A stretch of DNA of 31,200 bases from Candidatus Poribacteria bacterium (GTDB lineage Bacteria > Poribacteria > WGA-4E > UBA9662). The stretch spans positions 1 to 31,200 of the forward strand of contig JAYZAL010000061.1 in NCBI GenBank assembly GCA_036339735.1, given 5' to 3'. The notes beneath the pieces were generated by a model. It searched no databases and was not told where the DNA came from. It saw only the letters and a program-made list of their open reading frames with translations. Numbering within the stretch: position 1 is the stretch's first letter; each line of letters starts with the position of its first letter. Below, in pieces: positions 18,665-29,100 of the stretch. Made by a program: the position numbers and the translations under genes.

Positions 18665-19555
18665 GTGCCAATGACAGCTGTCGTACCCCTCAGAACTCTA
18701 GATCCGATTCAAATAGAAACTTTTCAGAATCAAGGTTATTTAGTGGTTCGACAAGTCGTACCATCATCGGATTTATTGCCCTTGGTAGAGGTCGTTTCAG
18801 GTGTAGTTGATCGGCAAACAGATGATTTGTATGCTGAAGGTAAAATAACTGATCTCTGTCGAGAGGTTGATTTTACACAACGTTGGTATCGGGTTTTGCA
18901 GCAGTTTGGTGGCCAAAATGAAGTTTTTGGGTGGCACACCAGTGTTTTTAGCCAAGCTTTATTCAATTTAATTGTTCACCCGTCAATATTGGATGTAGTA
19001 GGATCTCTAACAGAACATGAGATCCAGTTCAATGGCGATTTTTGGGTTCGACCTAAGTTGCCAGACGAAAAACTGACTACCCTTCCTTGGCACCAAGACA
19101 GTGCTTACATGCCGAATACCGAAAAAAATACTCATTTAACTGTTTGGATGCCGTTGGTCGATGTTGGTGCTGAAAATGGAACATTGCAATTCCTTCCAAA
19201 CAGCCATCTACTAGGTTTAAAGCCCCATCATCATATTGACGGCGAATCATTTAAAACTCCCAATCAGGACCCATCGGTGGGAAGTGATTGTATCGAGACA
19301 TTAAAGATGAAAGTTGGGGACTTAGTTATTTTTCATAATCTTGTCTTTCACCGTTCCCTTTTGAACCGAACAAAGTCAATCCGTTGGTCAGTTGATTTTC
19401 GTTACAGTCAGACAAATACGCCGCTGGGTAATTTATGGCATAAACCCATCTCATGTGTGGTACGGAGTCATTGCTCTCCCAACAAAGTAGCATCTTGGAA
19501 TGATTGGCAAACAATGTGGGAAGATAGTCCTCACAAATCTAGCTTCCGATGGTAA
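18665..19555 (+). CDS. PhyH family Fe(II)/2OG dioxygenase
   Basis: Motifs 'PWHQD', 'TVWMPLVD...ENGTLQFLPNSH' and 'FHRSLLN....IRWSVDFRY'. Confidence 0.92.
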   Translation: MPMTAVVPLRTLDPIQIETFQNQGYLVVRQVVPSSDLLPLVEVVSGVVDRQTDDLYAEGKITDLCREVDFTQRWYRVLQQFGGQNEVFGWHTSVFSQALFNLIVHPSILDVVGSLTEHEIQFNGDFWVRPKLPDEKLTTLPWHQDSAYMPNTEKNTHLTVWMPLVDVGAENGTLQFLPNSHLLGLKPHHHIDGESFKTPNQDPSVGSDCIETLKMKVGDLVIFHNLVFHRSLLNRTKSIRWSVDFRYSQTNTPLGNLWHKPISCVVRSHCSPNKVASWNDWQTMWEDSPHKSSFRW

Positions 19556-20082
19556 TCAAATTAACTCAGATCGTCAGAATTAGGAACAAGATTTCGTATT
19601 TAAAACCTTGAATCGATTAATAAGTAATAAGACATTATCGTCGGGGCATAATTATATGAATATTATTTCAACGTTATTTTTATTAAACGACTAACTTGAC
19701 TATATCATTCTCGATTAATAAGTTTGAAGAAACGAAATAATTCAGCCAAATATGGTCTGTCTCATATTATTTTAAGCACCCAACACCTAATCTCATTACT
19801 TTGAAAGTGAAAAATATATCTTGTTGAGTGCTAACGATTAAGTATATAATGACCAACTGTCCACTTTGGAGCTTTTGTCAACTTACACCCCGATCAGAAA
19901 CATCCGAACCTCATATCCTGAATAGATTTTACTTTTTTTCAATATCTCAATACTGTGCGACGAGCATAGTTAGTGTAAATTTCCTTTGAATTGTGGCTAC
20001 CGAATTATATTTGTGCTGCTTTTGTATCAAAAGGATGATGTAACCAAAAAAAGAAGCGATACTAAGAATACAAAGGGAGACA

Positions 20083-20190
20083 ATGGGAATGGACAAATAC
20101 AAATTCACTTTACTAGCTAAATCAAAAAAAAATTATCCATCATTGAATCTGTTGTTTTTCTTGCCTGATTTCGTTGAGGTGAAAATATGA
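20083..20190 (+). CDS. possible 35-aa leader ORF coupled to the giant gene
   Basis: AAAGGGAGA just upstream of ATG 20083 (and ATG 20089). Reads MGMDKYKFTLLAKSKKNYPSLNLLFFLPDFVEVKI*, and its TGA overlaps the next ATG (ATGA). Confidence 0.3.
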   Translation: MGMDKYKFTLLAKSKKNYPSLNLLFFLPDFVEVKI

Positions 20191-23100
20191 AAAGACCCGC
20201 CGATCAAAAGATTATCTGCCATATTTACCAGTTACTTGTTGTTGTGCTTTTTTCTACTAGTTTGATGGCGTCACCATATATTTTCGACGGATATGATCAC
20301 CAGCATAATGGGATTGCCCATCACCACAGCCATGATCAAGATGAGTATCAATTTAATCGGCTCTCGGACGCGGTTCCGATTGATTTGAACAAAAACCACT
20401 TGAAAGTTTTACCAGTCTTGTTAATTCCTAGCGATCTGAATCCAACAGTGGCCGATAAAGATACTGTAGCTGGCCAAATTAAGACACTAATGCTAGAAGT
20501 TCAGACTTTTTATCAAGACCAGATGGCAGCAGATGGTTATCTGGATGATGATGGAATAGGAAAAACGTTTGAATTGGTTGAGGACCCATCAGGTCAAGTC
20601 ACTGTCTACCAGAAGGTCGGTGCACATAGCCTTAGTGAATACGATTCGTGGGCCGCGAATTGGAGTGGGAACTTGATCAATAATATATACCCGGATCTAG
20701 GATCAGACAATACGTTACAAGCTGACTACCCGGAAGACAGGACCATCTATTACGTGGTTATGTTAGACGTAGCTTATACAGGTGGTATAGCTAAAGCGAA
20801 TAGCCCAAGTTCGGGCATCTGTGTGGTATCGACAGAAAATTTAAATTCGGCGCTGACTACACATGAACTAGGTCATGCATTTGGTCTAGGTCATGATTGG
20901 AGGCCTGCAACTTTCGGTGCTGATGGCCGGCAAAAATATTATATTTTGGGATACCGTTGGTTTGGTAAGAGTGGGTCAGATATTATTTTATCTAGCCTAG
21001 CTAAGGCTATTGTGGGAAGCAGCCCTTTTTTCAATAGAGGAGATTTTGACAGCTTTGATATTACTGCTTTTTCAGCGCCTCAGATAGAAGTCTCCTCCAA
21101 CTCCTCTTATCCTTCCGGATCGATGACTCATCAAGTAGATTTTACAATTACCGATAATGATGGGCTTCATATGGTTGCTTTCTATGGAAGGGCTGATGTA
21201 GGCAGTTCGTTCAGTAATTATCGTTACAATGGTGATACGGTCCCAATCTCCTCTATACCTGGAGAATCTTTTTCTTTGATCGACGGTAGAACTTCTTTTA
21301 CCGGGTCATATAACTTTGGTACGCATGAATCAGCCACAACCGATTTAGAAACCTTCTATTCACCAGGCTCCTCCAGCCAGCAAGCTGAAGTGCGACAGGT
21401 TTATCTGCTAGCAATTGATAGGACAGGAAAGCAAACCTGGCACAACATATTGCTATATCACGAAAACCGAATTCCAACCAGACATATAATCGAAGCCGGT
21501 GAATCTTTGAATGAGGTTTTGTATTCCAGAGCGTGGCCTAAAGATGAAATTATCTTCAATGCTGATTCTGTCGAGACAGAACCTATTTATATCTACAAGA
21601 ACAACTTGAAAATTTCGTCAGCTGACCCAAAAAACCCTAGACGAATCCCTGTTGAGGTCAGAATCGAGGGCGCAAAATCAATTCGATTAAGTTCTCTTTC
21701 TATGCCTAACGTATATATGGCTCCTGATTCGACCGATATAACGGTTGAAAACTGTGAAATTACCAATCCAAATTCCTACCCGTATGTTGGAGTGGATATT
21801 GGTCAAGGAGCAGAAGTGACTTTGGTCAACACTCTGATCTATGACCATAATGTGGGGGTTCAGCTGGCTGGTGCTGATTTAAGTGTCATCAACTGCACCA
21901 TCGTTGACAACACTTATGAGTTTTTATCTCCAGGAACCAATACTATCAATATTGTTAATACTATTTTTGCTGAAAACTCTTCCGGTTGGGATGTTCCTTC
22001 CTCACAACTGATAAATATATCTAACTCATTATTCGATAGACCTTTACCAACCAATGTCTCAGCTGAGAATGGAAATATATCAGGGGACCCGAAATTCCAA
22101 GATGCAGCAAACAGGGATTATCAATTGCAGGATAGTTCTCCGGCTATTGATGCGGGAAGTACTAACATAACTAGCCTACCAAATACAGATAAGATCGATA
22201 ATCAGCGAATTTTCGGTGATACGGTCGACATAGGTGCTTATGAGAATGGAAGTCTCCGACAAACGGTCACTGTCAATATTCCTGATACCAATCTACGATC
22301 TCTTCTAGAACAAGCACTGGGCAAGGGTAATGGTGACTCCATTACTGACCTTGAACTGGATGGGTTAAGTGGACAACTGGATGCCTCTAGTTCCAGCATT
22401 AGTAATCTAGCCGGTTTAGAATACTGCATTAACTTGACTGTCCTCAATTTGCATGACAACCAGATTAGTGACCTTAGTGCTTTATCCAACTTGTTGACTA
22501 GTCTAACCGAATTGGACCTGTCTCAAAATAGGATCAGTAACATCAGGCCAATATCTAATTTGACTAAGGTGACGGACCTAAATTTGCTGGGCAATCAAAT
22601 AACAGACATAAGTTTATTATCCAATTTAGCTAACTTAATCGAGTTGAATCTGGGTGGGAACCAAATAACTGATATAAGTGTGTTATCCAACCTGTCTAAC
22701 TTGGCAGAACTGAATTTACTCGGCAACCAATTACCTGCTGAGGCAGGACTAATCATACAAGAACTTAAAGATAGGTCCGTAAACGTTACACATGGTTTCA
22801 TTCAAGAACCGATAGATGTCAATATTCCAGATGCTAATTTGCGAAAATTATTAGAATGGGAATTGGGTAAAAATGCTGGAGATCCAATTAACCATCTTGA
22901 AATGGCTAGTATAGTTAGTTTTTGGGGCCTTAATCGTTTAAGTAATTTTATCAGCGACCTAACCGGTTTAGAATATTGTGTTAACCTTACTCGTTTAGAT
23001 TTGAGGCATAATCAATACATTAGCGACCTTAGCCCCTTATCCAATTTGACGAAGCTGACTCACCTCGACCTAGAAGATAATCAGGTTCGCGACCTTAGCC

Positions 23101-26100
23101 CCCTAGCCAATTTGACGAGTCTGACTCATCTATATCTACCCGGTCGTGCTGGTAAAAACCAGATTAGTGATATTGGACCTTTATCCAATCTGACTAACCT
23201 GAAGGTCTTAGTATTAAGCGGCCACCCGTTCGGCGGGAATATTAGTCTTCTATCCAATCTGGTTAACTTGACTTACCTCGATCTAGAAGTTAACCAGGTT
23301 CGCGACCTTAGCCCCCTAGCCAATTTGACGAGTCTGACTCATCTAAATCTTCACATCAACCAGATTAGTGATATTAGTCCCCTATCCAATCTGGTTAACT
23401 TGACTTACTTGAGTCTGGGTGAGAACCAAATTACTAATCTGAGAACTTTGTCTAATCTGACTAACCTAGAGTCCCTACACTTAAGTGGAAACCCGATCAT
23501 CAATATTAGTTCCCTATCCGGTCTGACCAATCTGACTGAATTGTATTTGAGTTCGAACCGCCACCGTGATGAAATCAGAGACATCACCCCCTTATACAGC
23601 CTGACTAGCCTAGAAGAATTAGGCCTGAGTCACACGAAGATTAAAGATACAAGTTTCTTGTACAACATGACTAGATTGACCCGATTAGTTTTAGTAGATA
23701 ATCAGCTTGAAGACATAAACTTTGTTTCCAACTTGACTAATCTGACTGACTTGACGCTAAACTCCTTAATGAGCGAGGAACCATATGCCAACCAAATCAC
23801 CGATATTACTCCTCTGACTCATTTAGACAATTTGACTGAGCTATATCTTTACAACAACCAGATTAGTGATATTGGACCTTTGTCCAATCTGACCAATCTG
23901 AATAGGTTGTATTTGTATTCTAACCAAATTAATGACATTAGCCCGTTGTCTAATCTCAGCAACCTAACAGTCTTGGACTTACAGCAAAACCCATTAACTA
24001 CGCGTTCAACATCGATCATTCAAGAATTAAGGGGGACTGGAGCAACTGTTTTACATGATGATCCACTTCCAGAGGTTGTGATAGCCAGTATTCCCGATAC
24101 TAATCTGAGAAAGTTGCTCGAACAAGAATTGGGTAAGGATGTAGACGATCCTATTTCAGTGTCAGAACTTTCCGCGTTGAGTGATAGACTGGATCTTTCT
24201 GACGCCAACATTGGAGATGTCAGAGGTTTAGAACACTGCAACAACCTAAATGAGCTGAAACTAAATGCTAACCAAATCACCGATATTACGCCTCTGACTC
24301 ATTTAGACAATTTGACTGAGCTATATCTTCACAATAACCAGATTAATGATATTGGACCTTTGTCCAATCTGACCAATCTGACTGAATTGTATTTGTCTTC
24401 TAATCGGATCAGTGACATTATCTCATTGTCTAATCTTAGCAACTTAACCTACTTAGACCTAGAGAACAACCCACTGACGGATAGTGCAGAATCAATCATA
24501 CGGATCCTCCAGAATAATCAGACTACGGTTCAGTACAATCCAATTCCTACCGCATTAGTAGTGAAAATTCCCGATGTTAATTTACGTTATCAGATAGAAC
24601 AAGCCCTCTCTAAAGATTCTGGTGCTTCCATTACTAGGATTGAATTAGGTCAAATAAGTAACTTAGATGCCTCGAATTCTAGTATCACGGACTTGAGAGG
24701 TTTAGAACACTGTACCAACCTGACCAACTTGAATCTAAGTAGTAACCAGATCACGGATCTTGGTCCTTTATACAGCTTGACTAACTTGGGCGATCTTAAT
24801 CTGCATAACAATCAGATTAGTCATCTTGGGATTTTGTCCAATTTGCCTTATCTTTACAGCTTGAATCTATCCGATAACCAACTCGATAATATTGCTTCAT
24901 TATCAAGACTATCCTACCTAGAGGTCTTAGACGTTCAAAACAATCATTTATCTGCCAGTGCCGGAAGTGTCATACAGAAACTCCGAGATGGTGCGACTAC
25001 GGTCATTCATGACCCAATACCCGCAGCAATAATCGTGAATATTCCCGATTCCAATCTGAGAACAGCATTAGAAGGCGAACTGGGTAAAAATCCAGGCGAA
25101 CCTATTACCGATCTGGAGTTATCTGAGTTACATCGCCCAACCGAAGCACAAAATACAGGGGGCTGGTTATATCTCGTATCTAGGAACATTACAGATCTGA
25201 GAGGTTTAGAATACTGTACCAACCTGACCAAATTGAATCTAAGTAGTAACCAGATCACGGATCTTAGTCCTTTGTATAGCTTGACTAACTTGGGCGATCT
25301 TCGTCTGACTAACAATCAGATTAGTGATATTGAACCTTTATCTAGCCTGGTTAATCTTACTAACTTGGAACTCGGAGCGAATCAAATCGACGACACCAGT
25401 CCGTTGTCTAATTTAATTAGCCTGACCGAATTGGCTCTTTCTATCAACCAAATTACTGATGTAAGTTCATTGTCGAGCTTGACTAGCCTTACTGATCTAG
25501 ATCTAAGACATAATCTGGTTAAGGATCTGACTCCTCTGTCAAATTTGAGTGAACTTCGATTTCTGAATCTAGGAGGGAATCGGGTAGACTACATTGGTAG
25601 TTTGTCAAAGAACAATTACCCGCATCTTATCTACCTGGATTTAAAAGAAAACCCGTTGACAGCTAGTGCGGGATCGATCATTCAAGGACTCAAAGATGAC
25701 GGAATTAATGTTGAGCATGAATCGATTCCAGAAGCACAATTCGTCAATTTTCCTGATGCTAATCTAAAAGCTATCTTAGAGCAAGCACTGGGAAAAGATA
25801 GTGGCGCTACAATTACCGACCTTGAACTCAATGAAATTAGCAGGATAGATGCGTCAGGCTCTAACATCACTGACCTGACAGGTTTAGAACTTTGCCATAA
25901 TCTAATTAACTTAGACTTAAGCCACAACCAAATTAGCGGCATTACCTCTTTGGCCGGATTAATTAGCCTGACTGACTTAGATTTAGACAACAACCAGATT
26001 AGCGACATCAGCCCCTTAACTGACTTAATCAACCTTATTAATCTGAATTTAGTTGGTAATCAATTGACGGCTAATGCAGATTCAATTATACATACCTTCA

Positions 26101-29100
26101 AAGAGGCCGGCACAACCGTTATACATGACGAAATACCAGAAATCATCCCTGACGCTAACTTACGCCATAAAATCGAGCAAGCTTTAGGTAAATATTCAGG
26201 TGATCCTATTAGCCATCTGGAGCTAGCTGAACTTAGCCAAAGCCTAGATGCTTCGGGCGCTGGTATCACTGATTTGAGTGGTCTACAACACTGTACTAAC
26301 TTAACTTCTTTAAATCTAAAAAATAACCAAATTGATGATATTACACTCTTGACTAATCTGAGTAACTTGACTCAGTTAGAGTTGTCAGGGAATAACATTA
26401 GCGACCTTAGCTCTCTATCCAGGTTGACTACACTTAACCAACTCGAACTGGAAGATAACTCGCTGACGAGTATAGGTGATCTCAAAGATCTAGTCCAACT
26501 TCAAGTTTTGCGGCTGGATAAGAACCAAATCACTGAAATCAGTTCTCTGTCCGGACTGAATCAATTAATCGAATTAAGTCTTTCAGGAAACCAGATTGTT
26601 GACATTAGTTCTTTGTCCCGGCTGACTGATTTAGCTAAACTCCATTTATATGAGAACGAGATCATCGATCTTAGACCAATTTCTGACTTGACTGATCTGA
26701 CTAGATTAAGTTTATCCGATAATAAAATTACCAATCTTAGCCCTTTAGAAAAATTAACCCAACTAACTCATATCTATCTGGACGGTAACGAGGTTAGCGA
26801 CCTGAGCATTTTGTCCAACTTGGATAACGCTACCGAATTATGGTTGGGCCAAAACCAGATTCGTGACATCAGCCCCTTATCGAATTTAGCTGGCTTAACA
26901 AATCTAAGCTTGCCTGACAATCAGATCAGTTATCTTGGCACCGTGGACAGCTTGAACCAACTAGCCATAATAGATCTGAGAGATAACCAAATAAGTCACA
27001 TTAACGAGTTATCCGACTTATCTCAGTTGTCGGAATTGAAACTGGAAGGGAATCCGTTAAAAGCTGGTGCTCGGTCGATTATACAAGACTTGAAAACTGA
27101 TGGTGCCATCGTAACACACGATGAAATTCCTACTAATATCATCGAAGACTCAAACCTAAGAGCTGTACTTCAAGAAGCTTTAAATATAAGTCAAAACGAC
27201 CCAGTCACCGCAGCCGACCTAGATGACCCGAATTTGACAACTTTAACAGCAAGTGGACGCTCAATATCTGATTTGACAGGTTTGGAATATGGGATTTATC
27301 TAACCAACCTTGATTTAAGCGGAAATGATATCGACAATATTACCCCTTTATTAAGTCATTCGGGGCTTGGCAGCGGTCATGTGGTTGACTTGACAGGAAA
27401 CCCATTAACCTACGAAATATATTCCAAACAAATTCCAGCCTTAACAGAAAAAGGAGTAACAGTCTACTTCAATCCTCCCGGCGATACTATTTTTATTCCT
27501 GATGCCAATCTTCAAAGAATACTGGCAACTGCTTTTGGCTTAGAAGACACAAATCAGTTTATTCCTTCATCACACTTTTCTACTTTGACTGAACTTGATG
27601 CCCCATTGTCATCTATTACCAACCTAAATGGATTGGAACACTGTGTCAACCTGAAACAATTGTCATTGGAATATAATAATATCAATAACATTGACATACT
27701 TAGTTCTCTAAATCAATTGTCTTACCTCGCTCTAAGTTTTAACCAGATTGACGACATCTCGTCCTTAGAAGAATTGATCAATCTCGACGAAGTCTATCTC
27801 GATAACAACAGAATAAAAAACATCCAATCTTTGGTCGATAATGATGGCATTGATTCTGATAGCGACTACCTACTCTTGACGCACAATCCATTGAGCAATG
27901 TTTCAATGACACATCTAATTCCTCAATTAGAAAGCAGGAATGTAACAGTAAGCGCAGATTATATTGATAATGTGATTGCTTTTTCAGATCCAAATTTAGA
28001 AGGTCTAATTCGGGCAAAATTGGACCAACCTATAGAATTATTAACGACTACTAATACCTCCAGCCTTAAAGATTTAGATGCCCAAAACTCCGGTATAACT
28101 AATTTAGATGGCTTGAATGATTTGAAAAACCTAAATGAGCTAAATATTAGTTTTAATCCACTAAGCGAACATGCGGCATTTCACCAGATTGATGAACTGC
28201 AAATCAGTGGTGTAGAGGTAACTCATGCCGTTGGGCATTGGTTAGTTGATCGACAACAAGACTCAGATCCAATCGAAGTTTTATCTAAACCGGATGAGAT
28301 TGACTCTGAGCCTGATCTAGCATCAACTCCCTACTTGGATGGTACTCACGACTGGGTTGCAATACCTAATCGTATTTTGATTAATTTAGGTGGACCTTCG
28401 GTTAATAAGACTATCACCACTATTTTCAAGGTCGATAATTCCTCAATTGAGCAGCATAAACAAGTGATTTATGAGCAAGGAGGAGACAAACGCGGTCTTA
28501 ACCTATATGTTCACAAAGGTCGGTTATATGGAGGCGGATATAACAGAGAAGTTAGTGAAAATAATTGGCAGGGTGAATGGATTTCTACTTCTATTAGTTC
28601 CGACAAGTGGTATAAGGCTTCTTTGGTTTTACGGCGGAACACTCAAGTCATTGAAGATATTAACCTAGAGCTTTGGCTCAATGGGAACCTGATTTCTATT
28701 CAACCGGCCGCTAAAATTTATGGTGATACTGGCGAAATTGGTATTGGAAATGTCAATCAATCCACACTATTTCATGATGGTACTAGCCGTCAACAACCGA
28801 ACCATTTTTTTGCTGGTTCAATTGCTAGTATTTCTATCTATAATACAGCTCTTCCTGAAAACAGCTTGCAAGCTATGACGATTGGATCTTTAGCTAGTTT
28901 AGAAACCATCTGGTCAGATGACCCAGAACAACCATCAACAATTGAGTATAGTTCCGATGAAATAATTAAACCACTAGGAAAACTGAATTTTAAGCCTGTT
29001 AATGGTAGCAGTACGATAAAAAGTATTAGATGGTATTTAGCGCCAGATGGTCATGGGGATGAATTGGATGCTCCGAAAACGCTGGCCAATCCAGCTGCCA

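Noticed and set aside
728-19514. Short ORFs overlapping the main genes (e.g. 2373-2810, 7845-8138, 15736-15969, 18435-18671)
   Set aside because: They overlap well-supported genes or lack an RBS and any recognisable motif.
19826-19834. CIRCE element (GAGTGCTAA)
   Set aside because: Only the right half-site is present; TTAGCACTC is missing 9 nt upstream.
22238-28017. Eight minus-strand ORFs of 60-116 aa rich in 'LIWL/RLVRL'
   Set aside because: They are antisense shadows of the LRR codons of the giant + strand gene.
22278-28227. Periodic 66-bp repeats as a CRISPR array or DGR template/variable pair
   Set aside because: The repeats are degenerate, in-frame and coding. There is no repeat-spacer structure and no cas or reverse transcriptase gene, and mismatches between duplicated segments are not confined to adenines.
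28471-28668. 65-aa + strand ORF
   Set aside because: It is an alternative frame inside the LamG domain of the giant gene.
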